Shown: positions 28,631 through 41,667 of the stretch, piece by piece
Position numbering within the stretch: position 1 is the first letter of the stretch
Layout: every line of letters starts with the position of its first letter
Origin: Antedon mediterranea
Lineage: Eukaryota; Animalia; Echinodermata
Assembly (NCBI RefSeq): GCF_964355755.1
Contig: NC_092672.1
Coordinates: forward strand, 17,435,237 to 17,499,236
Reading direction: 5' to 3'
Length of the DNA: 64,000 nt
The notes under the pieces: model-generated
Databases searched by the model: none
What the model was told of the DNA's origin: nothing
Seen by the model: the letters and a program-made list of their open reading frames with translations, nothing else
Made by a program: the position numbers and the translations under genes

Positions 28631-31600
28631 AATGGAATAACCAGGGCAGGGAGGTATAACAGTAATATGGAAGGAGCTAATTTTGTATGCGTTTGTTATC
28701 GAAATGTGTAGTATGGAATACACAAAATTAAATTTTATTAAGGCTGTTTCAGTGTGCGGTTACATTAAAAATTGTACTCATTTTCGGGGTACTGTAGGCG
28801 CGCCTATGTTACAGCCACCACGCGTCGATACGTTCGTATTCGTAGACTACACTACTGACTGCACTTTGGCCACCGCCGCCGTGGCAACATCGGCCGTGGC
28901 GACATCGAACTGTCATCGTTTTGCTAACGAATCTGCTTAACAGTGCTTACCAATACCAGTAAAATACTGCTTTTTTTTCATTATTAAATTAACTATTTTG
29001 AACTAAAAACATTTAAATAGCTAAAATCTAGTCTTATTCTTAGGCCATGGCCAGGTTTATAATACACACAGACCTAGGCCTAGCCTTGATTAAGTTTTCT
29101 TCCAAGCCTAACGTCGTGGGCCTGAGGAGGCTTAAAAGATAGCCTGATAATATTTGCGTAGCCTATAATTTTCGTTGTTAAACAAATATAGGGGGCACAA
29201 TTGATGGAAAATAACTATGTTTAAGTCTTGTAAATGAAAATCTGTCAATCAAAACATAACACACCCAACAATTCGAAGGGAGATAAACAACTTATCAGCT
29301 CTTATCGGGTGTGAAGTGTGCCTGTATCGGAGCTTCCTGGCAACGTATATTTGGTGATTTCCCTAATCTACAAATAGACGTCGACGCGGTAGCGCGTTTG
29401 TGTCGAAACTGTCGAACTTTTTTCCAGCGGGTTGCTAGTAGATTCTTGATAATTGCTAGTTGAAAATTTAATAATTTCCATAAGCCGAAACGCCCTTGAT
29501 TTGGCTAGCATGAAAGCATGTCTTGATCTTTTTTTAATTTGGCTAAAAAGGGTACTACTACAGCTTTGCCTGGCTAGCTAAGCCTACACCTAAAAGCTAG
29601 GTCTAGGTCTACACCTAAATAAATTCAGATTTGTGTAGAATTTAACTATTTTACCGAAAAAAAATTGTGATTGCTAGTTATGCTGCTGATTTTGCTAGTT
29701 AATTTTTTTACAACTAGCAAAGTTTGCTAGTCGAAAAAAAAGTAAATTTCGAGCCCTGAAATGTATCCATACAAAAAAGTCCATCATTTTTAAAATTCAT
29801 CTTAGGGGTACACTGTGCGTCAAAAAGTCACTCGGGACACAAAATACAAAAAATCATTACTTTTTCGTTTTGAACTTTGACCTTGTGGGAAATTATTCCC
29901 AAAGTTGAAACTCATCATATAAGTTTATCAATGCATGATTCAGCTATGTTCCAAATACCAGTTTGGTGTCTTTATTCCTTCATGTCCAAATATTACTATG
30001 AAATGAAGGCGTTTTGTGTATATTTGTAGCAATTTCAATGTAAAACGTGCTATTGTCAATTTTCGGAAGACCATAATTTCAGCATTTTATCTCCTAGTGC
30101 TTTTAATACATTAAATTTTAGACAATTTTTGGCCCTGTCCATTTCTGTAACATTCAAAGTAACAAAATGAATAGTTTAAGAGATATACGTGGTCAAAAAT
30201 GGCTCAAGTGAATAATTAGTGTGCACATACAATCGCAATATTTAAATGAACATAAGTTTTATACCGAAACCCCTAGAACATCACAACTTGTTATCCTAGC
30301 AAAACTTTTGATCCTGGATCCATTTTTGCAATCATTAAATTAACAAAATCAATAGTTTTAAAGATATAAGTGCTTAAAATGTGCACAAATTTGATCATTA
30401 TCAAGTAATGTATGTCTCTCTCCTCCGCATGTATACTGAAACAACAGTACTATACAGTAGTTAGCTTCTCCAAAATGATACAATAGTTTTTAAGATAATA
30501 CAGTTAACCAAAAGAATGAACCAAATGCAGAGGTAATGCAGATTATATCCTGAATTGGAATATAGCACTGATTATGTAGAGAATCCTCTGGCCACCAAGA
30601 TAGAACATTTTTGCACACTTCTTGGATATGGTCATGAATTTTACATAGACGTCCATATTTTCTTCTGATCTTTCAAGTATTGTTCCAATGTACCATTCTT
30701 TATCATAAGTACTTTTATAAAAAGATGACTATTATGAGAGGGAACACCACTACCTATAGTAACATTTGATGTATACATTTGTTTGGAAATATATCTCAGC
30801 CCGTTCAACTAACGTAATGGACGTACTGTTATGGACATACATAAAAATGTACGTCCATAACGACAAAAAAAAGAAAATTAAATGAAATTTTCACGATTTA
30901 TGAATTATTTTTTAATCATAAGGCTAAAAAAAATAGTTCAGCTAAAAAAAATCCATATCAATATCCAATACGCAACTAAGAAAAAAGGATTTGTTGTAAT
31001 TTTGTTATGGACGTACACACACCTAAAATTTACAAATTTTTCACAGCCAGAATTTTTTAATTTCTAGGTAAAAATTATAATTATTATGCATTCCTTTTTA
31101 AAAAAACATTAAAATATAATAAATTGCCCTGTTAGAAAAATCATTTTACATAATTATATGTTTGTAAATTGAATTTTAGCAAAATTCAGAAAGAAAATCC
31201 GGAAAAAAAAACATTTTTTTAATGTACATAAGACAAAAATATTTTTTTTTTCTGATTTATATACTGTATTACAAAAACAAAATAATTAATAAAAGTTCAA
31301 CTAATAATCTTTAAAATGACACCATTTATGATTTTTCAATGTCAATTTAAATTTTTGTTGTACTGGGTGACGTTTCGCTGGAATTGCCCATTATACATTT
31401 ATTTGCAACAACTGTTGCTCTGTGTGCAGCATCATTCACTCTCTACGGCCATTTTTTAGCACATGTATCTCAGCTCTTTAAAACTATTGATTTCGTTACT
31501 TCATTGGTGATTGCAGAAATGGATTCAGGATCAAAAGTTTTGCTAGGATAACAAGTTGTGATGTTCTAGGGGTTTCAGTATAAAACTTATTTCCATTTAA

Positions 31601-33403
31601 ATATTGCGATTGTAGCTAGCAATATTATGTGCGCATTAATTATGCACTTGAGCCATTTTTGACCATGTATATCTCTTAAACTATTCATTTTGTTACTGTG
31701 AATGTTGCAGAAATGGATTCAGGATCAAAAGTTTTGCTAGGATAACAAGTTGTGATGTTCTAGGGGTTTCAGTATAAAACTTATGGCCATTTAAATATCG
31801 CAATTGTAGCAATATGTGCACATTAATTATTCACTTGAGCCATTTTTGACCACGTATATCTCTTAACTATTCATTTTGTTACTGTAATGTTCCAGAAATG
31901 GATTCAGGAACAAAAAGTTTTGCTAGGATAACAAGTTGTGATGTTCTAGGGGTTTCAGTATAAAACTTATGTTCATTTAAACACATCGCGATTGTAGCAG
32001 CAATATGTGCACGCTAATTATTCACTTGAGCCATTTTTGACCACGTATCTCTTGAACTATTCATTTTGTTGCTTTGAATGTTGCAGAAATGGATTCAGAG
32101 CCAAAAATTGTCTAACATTGAATGTATTGAAAGCACTAGGAGATAAAATGCTGAAATTATGATCTTCCGAAAATAGACGATAGCACGTTTTACATTGAAA
32201 TTGCTACAAATATACACAAAATGCCCTAATTTAATAGTCATATTTGGACATGAAGGAATAAAGACACCAAACTGGTATTTGGAACATAGCTGAATCATGC
32301 ATTGATGAACTTATATGATGAGTTTCAACTTTGGGAATAATTTCGTTCAGAACGAAAAAGTAATGATTTTTTGTATTTTGTGTCCCGAGTGACTTTTTGA
32401 CACGCAGTGTACCCCTAAGATGAATTTAAAAAAGGATGAACTTTTTTGTATGGATACATTTAACACCATATATTAATAATGTGGAAAAAATCAATTTAAA
32501 AATGTATTTTCATATTTAAATATGGGGTAAAAATTGCCGAAGATGTTTGCGACAAAATAAATTGGGGTCTCTAGGGACCAAAATCTCGAAAATTAATTGA
32601 GATACAGCAATGTTTTTTTCATATTTTCAATCTATGGCAAAAGTTATGTCAGTGTATCAATATTCAGCTTATTAGCTTGAATAGTTTTTAAAATATGGCT
32701 AATTAAAAATGCAACTTTACAAAAAGGTAATTTATTAGGACCGAAAATTCTACAGACGACACATTTTCAAATGGCCATAACTTTTTAACGACTTGGAGTT
32801 GGCAACTGAAATTTTTGGTGTGTTCGTGAGACATATAGTTGCATATTATATGTGAGTTTCAAGGAAATCTGAGGGGATACCCAGCCATCTCATTTGTTGA
32901 GTTGGCATGGAATGACCCAGAGATGTTTTTGATGTTCGTAAAACATGTTTACGTGTGTCGTGTCAAGTCTGTTACGAACGTCATTTGGAAGATTGACCCA
33001 CACCACATGTGCAGAGCGCTAGTCTGTCATCGCTGGTCGTTGATAAGGAAGCCCCAGCAGTACAACTAATAATATACACAATAAAACGTCTGGATACAGG
33101 TCAACGTGAATCAACAGTCAAAATTGTTGGTGTCTTTGTTACCAACATAATCAACTATTGAATTTTGTATTTATTATACAAAGCTGGGTTTACAAACAAG
33201 CATATGGTATGTTCAATGTGAGGTTTGAACTTGCTGATTGCAAGTAGGCATCTCATTCTTTGTTCATGTTCTTGCAGGGTTTCAGGCAAATTGTTGAAGA
33301 ACTGTTGATGATGTGCGTAACGGTGTCAACTAATTTACGGATTATAATAAATGTGTGCAAAACATTTAATTTTTTTTGTGTGTGTTTTTGTCTTTCTATT
33401 AAG

Positions 33404-35499
33404 CAGTGGCGTATCCAGGATTTTGAAGTTGGGGGGGCTGGGAATTGCCAATTTGCCGACAAAATTGGTGTCATTATCTGTACATACACGACGTCTCTGA
33501 TCAATATATGTTCTAGGATTACATAGTCATATTGTCTTATATGGGATAACGATGCAAAATTAAAACCAAACCAACATTATCTGTTAGTATGTTGTATTCA
33601 TATTACAATAAAAAAAGAATTAGGAAAATTTGATTTGTAGTTTTCATCGCCGAAAATGATTGTTTTTAGCCACGAAAGAAGTAAAACAATTTGCGGCCTC
33701 AGTCGACAATTCTATTAACTACGCCATTTTTGGTTAAAATAATTACATATAATTACGTTTTTTATTTATATCACCATTGGAAATATCAATAAAACATGTT
33801 ATTAAATGCTTATAAAATATATAAAGTTGTTTACTTAACGGAATTCGGAAAAATTCATTGCTCTAACTTTGTGTAGTAACGATCAGAGAGATTCATGGTA
33901 CACGCGCGAGAGAAAACATTCCGCTGCGGGTGATTCGCATCCACCAATCAAATCAGCTGGAATCCTAAATCATTCAAAAGTGAGCAATGCCAATCGCGAG
34001 AAAGCTCAGCTTTGATTGGCTTACGATGACATCATATCACAAAATGGTGGTTTTGTAGTTGAGCCTCACGGAATATTCTGTTCCAAAAATGAAATACATG
34101 GATATCATATCGAGAAAAAAACAAAAACAAAAAAAAACCGGGTTTTTGGCACTTATAATAAATATATCTTAGACAAAAAAGCACATGGCATGTGGAACTA
34201 TATAATCTCTTAGCGTAGGAAGACATACAAATCCCAGGTCATGAGAGGCTCAACTGCATGCAAAAACAAGGTTTTAGGGTAAGGTCAAAGGGTCTGTTTC
34301 TGCTGAAAAAATCAAAATAATCGATTTTTTCCAGTCACCGCAAACCACAAAAATAATCGCGTTGCAATTGAAAATTGCTACGACTTTAATCGGTTATTCA
34401 GGTAATCGGTTTTTAAAATCACGTCATCATTCCCCCACAGCGCAGTTCAAGTTATGAAAGGCCGATGAGAGTTGGTTTGTTTACATCCTATCGCTGCCTA
34501 AAACTCTCACATGTAGGATTAAAAATTACTCTTACGTAAAGCTTTATTATTTCTAAAATAAACATCTAGGCCTACTACCGTACCACATACAACAGAATAA
34601 TGATGTTATATTAATAAGGACACGTCGGCGAAAAAGGTTCGTTTCGCCGTTCGTTGGTTCTACCTTCGGCCTGCTAGGCCTAGAGGCTATTATATTTCTA
34701 CCGAAACAAGTCAACAGACAACAGGCCTACTAACAAATGACATGTAAAACATCGTTAGCCTGAACTGGTGGTATGTAACGGGTGTACTTGTAACACAGAA
34801 TCCCGGAGTCTCTCGGTATAATTCTCCCCCACAAAATAATAAAAATCAAATGTTTAACATTTGATTTTTATTCGGTCTACATCGCGATCGTGGTTTTGCT
34901 GATCGTCGTCGATATCGCGCAAATAAACAGCATGCTTTGTGACGTGAATAAGTTTGTCATACTCTAGAGGTCAAAGTGAGGTCAATAATCGCTATTTGTG
35001 TTGCAGCTCAAAACTGCTCCGCAATAATCGGTTAAAACAAGAAATAATCGATTAAAACACGCAATGGATTGAGTGTTTTTAATCGGTTATTTTTAATCGG
35101 TTATTTTATTTTGCGCCGTTTCTGCTGCCCAAAAATAATCGATTAAAAAAATAAACGGTTAATAATCGATTATTTCTGCTCAGCAGAAACAGGCCCAAAG
35201 ACTTTTGAGTAAACAATCTACCACGTACGGCCGTACGTACGTGCTACACATTTTTTACGTGTTTCGTTAGATGTAATGAAAATAAAAAATAGTTAATATG
35301 AAGGGATCAATGATGATATGATATGTAAATAAACAAACACTCAAAAGAATTATGTTTACAGTTCAATTATTGTCAGAATAAATAGTTTATTTTTTTCCCC
35401 GGCACCTTTGTTTGCCGACGGCCGCGATGATGTGCCCACGGAAACGAAATCAGGGGGCCCGGCCCCCCCCCCCCGGCCTCCCTACTGGATACGCCACTG
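33404..35499. mobile_element. hAT-type non-autonomous element
   Basis: CAGTGGCGTATCCAG TIR; exact 8-bp TSD CTATTAAG. Confidence 0.9.
34290..35196. mobile_element. PIF/Harbinger-like MITE nested in the hAT element
   Basis: GGG(T/C)CTGTTTCTGCTGA TIR, 3-bp AAA flanks, AATCG subterminal repeats. Confidence 0.7.
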
Positions 35500-35759
35500 C
35501 TATTAAGTATAAGTATCATTCAGATATCAAATAAAGAAAAAAAAAGTACTCACCTTGGAGAGGCAGTTTTCTAAATGACACCATGTTACGAACATAATAC
35601 ATCCAACATAGTAAGCTTGTGATCTCAATTTTCCCGGGAAGTTGATACTTGACTATCTTTATGTTTTGTATTATGTTTGTTTGGATATGTAAATTCAAAA
35701 TAAGATTGACTTTATTGAATTACGAACAATTATAATTTTTTGTTGTCATGTCACATTTT

Positions 35760-36620
35760 TTGTTGCAGTATCAAATTTGTGCATATATAAATGTATATAC
35801 ACATTAGACGTACAAAATGGTATTACGTCATCAAATGGCCACTTGAATTTAAAAATTAGGATTTTTTTCCATTTTGTGTAGGTTATCACATTCAATAGAG
35901 CGCATCTCCGCTTTTTGAGCTCGATTTTCGCGCAAATTTCAGTGTGTGCTTGCTTAATTATTTATCTTTCTCAAAGTTGTCAGTGTTTTCATTTTGATGA
36001 CGTCATCACGCGTAAAAACTTGAATAACGTAGGTCGTGTACTTTCACCTTCGCCGTAAATTTGAATATCTTACAGCTCTTCAGAATTGAAGGTTACCTTA
36101 ATGATTATAATTTATTATGAAAGCTGATGAAATGTAGATATGAATTCATATAAAAACCAAGCCTATCGGATGTTGTGACGTTAACATATGGCCAGATTAA
36201 GTTAAAAAGTAGTTTTTTCATCTTTTTCGTCAAAGTTATACAAATTTCAAAGAGCGCGCACAGCGCTTCTACGTGCCAGATTCTCTTCCAATTCTTATAT
36301 TTATTTGCTCAATTCATTATCTTTCGAAATTGTCATCTTTGAGTTTATTTTGATAATTCCATCATACCAAAAAATTAGAACATGATGTGTGTCCCGTAAT
36401 TTCACCTATGCTACACTGTATATAGATATACAGTATACTGTACATATTGTATATGGCATATAATAGGCACAACTCAGCACTCTAAGCGTATGCATCATGT
36501 CATAGGATGGCATACATCAACTTTTTACGATCGTATGTTAACGTACATGCATGTTTAAAAAGTGTTAATTTCATTAAAATGATCACCTATAATTCGTCAA
36601 AGTGACGAATTAAATTCTAG
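35760..36620 (+). mobile_element. Diverged Helentron-like copy
   Basis: Similar to 1-924; ends AATTCGTCA-AAG-TGACGAATT-AAATT-CTAG|T. Confidence 0.65.
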
Positions 36621-37734
36621 TTACTCTTAGTCTTAGTTTACTTAGAGCTGCTGCAGTAGCTATTTACTGCATGTTCGATATAGTTCCATGGTTCGATCTA
36701 TACAATTACAATATGCCTATAGCAATTAGCTAGAAGTCATCGAATTTACTATCTACTTGGGCCTACTGTAACTAGGCCTACTGTACATCCCATTTCTTAT
36801 TTTTTTTATGGTGAGTTAAAACCTGTAGCCAAAAAAAATCCTGTTGGACAACAACAATGATGATTGAAAATGAATGAAATCTGATCCATAAATGTGATGC
36901 ATGCATGCAGCACACACAACACATGCACGTTTTGGGCGAATTTATTTGGATCATTCCATATATATAATAGGGAGCCACATGTGTTCTACATTTTTATTAA
37001 ATCGTAATTTATGGATTTTACTTTTTAAACTTAATATAATACCGCGGGCCCAATTTAATATTTACTTATTTATTTCCAAGTACATTAATATTATTTAAAG
37101 CACTTTCAAATTAATAACAGCAAATTTTGTGTGATTCACTTATTAATGGAACAAACAAAAGGTAAAGAAATAACAGAGGGGATAAACAAGGCGGAACAGC
37201 CTGGGTGGGTTTTTATGCTTGCTAGAAAAATAACGTCTCGTACAATACAGCACAAATTTTTTTCATTCGCGAAAACTATGAACTAAATCATCCTACGGAA
37301 TTTAATGTACATATATCGACTGAAAAAAACAAACAAATTGTACACTAATTATTAAAGTCAAGATGCTCCTGCCATCGTAAACGTATGCTATCGTCGTCTT
37401 GTAAAAAGAGGGACAGTCCCTTTTCGCTTGGTTTGTATACACGCGTCGGATCGTATACGGATCATATAATTAGGAAATAGTTTATAAATGATCGTATACG
37501 GTTCGTATATGTTTATTATGCGGGCAGGAACTTCCGAATTGACGTATACGTTTCGTATACGAAGTGGACTTCCTATACGAAACATAGGCCTATACGGAAC
37601 GTATGTAAATCGTATACGTTCGTATACAGCTTTTTTGCAAAGGGAAGACCACATGTTTTCGCACTTCATAGTCAACTGTTTTTCTCTAAATTCAAGGCAT
37701 GTATAAATAGAAGAAAAAGAGAAAACAATCTTAC

Positions 37735-37949
37735 CAAGAATAGCTCTCAAGTGTCCTTCCAAAGTTTGTAAGATTACTTCTTCGATTTCTTGGGTACTTT
37801 TACCAAGGAATTGTTCACAAGCTGTGGCGAGCAGTTCAGATTCTGTCATCACTTTACACTGGGCTACACCAGTAACAGTCAATGGCACACCATGGCATGT
37901 TTCAACATTCTCACACCGAGGATTAAGAGTCATCACTTCTAGAGTTATT
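37735..37949 (-). CDS. FLOT2: Flotillin-2 internal exon (SPFH domain; ITLEVMTLNPRCENVET...LEGHLRAILG)
   Basis: Translation matches flotillin-2 motifs (VPLTVTGVAQ, ACEQFLGK, LQTLEGHLRAILG). Poly-T/AG acceptor at 37950-51, GTAAG donor at 37734; 215 bp, ends in phase 1. Confidence 0.95.
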
Positions 37950-39218
37950 CTAAAAAAAAAAAAAAAAGTTCTCTAGAAAAATGATATTGACACACAGAAA
38001 CTTAAAGGGAAATTCTGGGTTTAAAATTGCTTTTAAATATCGATTATTTAATAAATAAAAAATATTATAACAATATAGACATGTCAGAATGAAGAAGTAA
38101 TAACGAGAAATTTAAAAAAATTAATTTAATTTTAGGGTAAATTCATGGAAAGTGTGTTTTCCATCAGTGGATTCCAAACTCGCGACGTCATGTATGTTGT
38201 TTTTGTCAACTAATTTTACATCTCTCTCCCCTGTCAAAAGACGACAACCCAATCATTGTGAAATACATTTTTTGTAGATTTTCTAAGCTAGGCCTGTGTA
38301 ATAATAACAGTAGTAGCATATATTTATTTATTTGACATTTAATGAAATACAAAATTTAGTACACATCATGGAGTCATAAATTATACTATTTTTATACCTC
38401 TATAGTACAGATCGTACTATAGATCGTATAATTATCTATACCATTCCGGTAGGTCGAGTCAACCTTCAATCAAATACAGTACCGTATATTTCGGTGTATA
38501 AGTCGCACCTGTGTATAAGACGCACCCCCAACTGAGAGTAAAATATCGGTATTTTTTATATCGTCGATGTATATACTCTAGTAGCTAGATCAACTTTCGT
38601 ATGCACTTTGAGGTCCAGAGAATTTGACTTCAGAAATTGGTTTAGGGTGGTCAAACAATCATTTTTGGCTTGGTTACACATTTTGAAAATGTGGCAAAAG
38701 GTCAAGGTGAAAGGTCATAAGACCAAACATAAATATGTCCTTAAATCTCAACAACCACTGGTCACAACGAGGTAATTTTGGTCTTAAATTAATCAGAAGG
38801 TATACATTTATATTCAGTCTAATGGGACATTTTATTAAAAAATGACCGGAAATGCCATTTCTGACCCTTGACCCATAAACCAGGTCATATCTGTATCTCC
38901 GTAACTATTGGCCGTAGAGACTTGAATTTGGGCTCAAATTGTTCGAAATATACATTTAGTTATTTGTTACACATTTTGAACAATGTTACAAAAGGTCAAA
39001 AAGTCAAGGCCAGGGGTTATATGAATAAACACAAATAGGTATTTGTATCTCGGCAACCACTGGTCACAGCGAGTAAATTTTGGTCTCAAAATGTTCAGAA
39101 GGTATACATTCATATTCAGTCTAATGAAACATTTTAGTAAAAAATGACCGGAAATGACATTTCTGACCTTTGACATACATACCAGGGCATCTTCTTCTCA
39201 CACATTGATTTTTTTGAT

Positions 39219-40290
39219 TTAACAAATGCCCAAAAAACGTTTACGATTATTGTCTGAGCAAAACAAATTGTCCACATAAGTTCCATAACTCTTTCTTACA
39301 AGACATTTTACACGATTTCTCAATTTCTTATATATTTCCAAATCGGAAATGCATTTAGTTAACTTAGCTTTCTTGAAAAGTATTCTTTTCTTTTGAATCA
39401 GTTTTTTTATATCTTGTGTAATCCAAGGGTCTGTATGTTTGCGTGCTTTTCTTGATATACGAGGAATGCTGTCTCTAACAGCAGCATCAAGCAAGTCCAT
39501 GAATCCTTCTAGAGACTTGTTAACATCTGTACTGTCTAAGAATGCACACCAGGGAGCCAGATGAATCAAATTATTTAAATGACCAAAATCAGCTTTAGAG
39601 CGTTGCAAGAAGCTTTGTGTTGTCGACATAGGTTAAAAGATTCCTTTGTAGAAATTTGAAAAACGATTGCATAGTGATCGCTATATCGACTGGATTATCC
39701 GAAATTTTAGGCGATATCTTTTCTGGCGAGCATGTAAATAATAAGTCACTAATAGTTCCAGATTGACGATCATTTGAAGGTCGTGTAATTGTTGTATCAA
39801 TCAGTTGGGTAAAGTTTATAGGTTCAGTGATGTCAGATAGTGCAGTGAAGTCTGGGTGAGATGTATCGCACCAGTTGACATTAAAATCTCCAGTTAACAG
39901 AATGCAATCAAATTTATAGAATTCCTGTTGCAAATTAGAAATAGAATTATGGAAGTGATTCCAAAAATCTTTCTTAGCATTTGGAGGCCTTAAATGTACC
40001 AATCAATACATTTAGATGTCCTACTTTTTAATAAATTCAAAGGAGTTCAAGATTGTCATCAACATGGTAAAGTTTTGATGAAAAATCTGTTCTGATAGCC
40101 ATGAACACTCCTCCACCACGCAAATCACGATCTTTTCTATAGATATTATAATCATTTAGGTTGAGAATTGAAGATGGAAGGCTATTGTCCAGCCATGTCT
40201 CTGTTACGCAGATAATATCGCATGGATTTATTGTTAAATAAGCAGCCAAGTCAAGACTTTTGTGTCTTATACTCCTAGCATTAAAGATAC
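39219..40290 (-). pseudogene. CR1/L2-group LINE ORF2 fragment (APE endonuclease and downstream region), frameshifted
   Basis: Motifs NARSI, ICVTETWL, RKDR..RGGGV, GDFN, DLLF and PWITQDIK spread over three broken ORFs. Confidence 0.9.
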
Positions 40291-41264
40291 AGTTCAGTGA
40301 TTTGTTTCTCCTAAATATTGGCAATGTTTCCAATACAGGCGCACCACAAGGCACTGTCTTAGCACCTTGTTTGTTTACCTTATACACAAGTGATTATAGA
40401 TCTAAATATGATTCTTGCCCAGTTGTACGATTTGCTGACGATATGGCGATGATTGGCTTGATTGAGAAGGACAATTGCACTTCATGTTAAATGAGATTAA
40501 TAATTTTGTAAAATATAGTAATGATAACTTTTTAGAATTGAATGTTGAAAAAACAAAGGAAATGATTATAGATTTTAGAAACAAAACAAATAAATGTGAT
40601 CTAGTTAACATAATGGGTAGACAAACTCAGAGGGTAGAAACATATAATATCTGGGGGTTGTATTTAACAATAAATTGACGTAGAGTAACCACTTGGATCT
40701 CGTTATGAAGAAAGTAAATACTAGAATCAGGGAGTTGTTCTAATAACAACTCCCTGCTAGAATGTACTGGACAACTAAACAAGTTCAATGTAAATAATAA
40801 TATTTTCATTACATTCTATCAGTCTATTATTGTTGGGGTTTAGAAATATTGTATTGCAGGGTGGGGTGGAAATGTTACAGAGGGAGATAAGGGTAGAATT
40901 GATCGTGTGGTAAGAAGGGTTGATGTCTGGTTTGTGTCAGCAGTCGGTGGATTCAGTTTATTGCGAGAACCTTGACAGGCTTTTTGGTCATCCTGTGAAT
41001 TCCGATTTAGGCAGTCTCAGGAGTGCTTGCAGTGGAAGATTGCGATGCGCGGCTGCTGACACAAACCGATATCTTTTCTCCTTTCTGCCCACAGGTATCA
41101 GGAGACATCAGCGGAATTCATCCAGATGAGCACCATGAAATAATATGTTCTTGTTGTGAGTTTTTAAAATAGTTTTGTCATGTTGTTTTAAATATTGTAA
41201 TTATGATGTATTGAAGACAAGCAATGTAATTTTCTCCTTGTAGGAACGAATAAAGATTATACTT
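40291..41264 (+). pseudogene. 5'-truncated Rex1/Babar-like LINE (reverse transcriptase C-terminal half and 3' tail) inserted into the other LINE
   Basis: NTGAPQGTVLAPCLFTLYTSD, FADD, ELNVEKTKEMIIDFR; AATAAA near 41250; GATAC on both sides. Confidence 0.85.
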
Positions 41265-41667
41265 GATACTTCACATCAGGCGATTTTGCCTTAGAATGAT
41301 GCGATTCAACCCGGACGTGACATGTACCTTGAAAAAACTAAATAATTGCAGACACACTTTCACAGTCAGTCACTAAAATCTTTTTAAAAACGTATTTCCT
41401 ATAATTCTCAGATATGATTTAATTTGGAGTTTCTGCAATGTTGCATAAAAATAAACATCCAACTTCAAATCTTGAAACTACACAGCAAAATTATGTTAAC
41501 TTTGATTAACATAGAAAATTGGACAAAGCGACGAAATACAAAGCACTTGGACTTGGAAAACTGAATAAGAAAAGCGTATTTACCAATTATTATAATGAAA
41601 GTTGCAAAAATAGTCCCATAGAAAAGAGGACAGTCAATCTGCTTCTACACCGTCCAATCTCTATTAT

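Larger units (their letters stand above)
17452..29758. mobile_element. 12.3-kb CAGGGCTCGAAATT-ended element with 5-bp TSD (hAT5-like), non-coding
   Basis: AAATG|CAGGGCTCGAAATT...AATTTCGAGCCCTG|AAATG; the opposite TIR of the host element (32451-32470) shows the empty site. Confidence 0.85.
16978..32918. mobile_element. Sola2-like long-TIR element (about 3.6 kb without its insert)
   Basis: GGGTCATTCCATGCCAACTCAAC termini; exact 4-bp TSD AGAG; TIR of ~1.1 kb (16978-17451 plus 29759-30400 versus 31450-32918). Confidence 0.8.
12630..37644. mobile_element. CACTA/EnSpm-like non-autonomous element inflated to 25 kb by nested insertions
   Basis: TIR CCCTTTGCAAAAAAGC(C/T)GTATACGA (24/25 match) at both ends; clustered CGTATACG subterminal repeats (12645-12835, 37430-37630). 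Flanks TGGCCTA| and |AAGAC rebuild the MULE TSD with a 2-bp duplication (one mismatch). Confidence 0.7.

Noticed and set aside
37388-37734. C-terminal 114 aa of the 182-aa ORF as part of flotillin
   Set aside because: It is read-through past the GTAAG donor into intron and EnSpm-like subterminal repeats.
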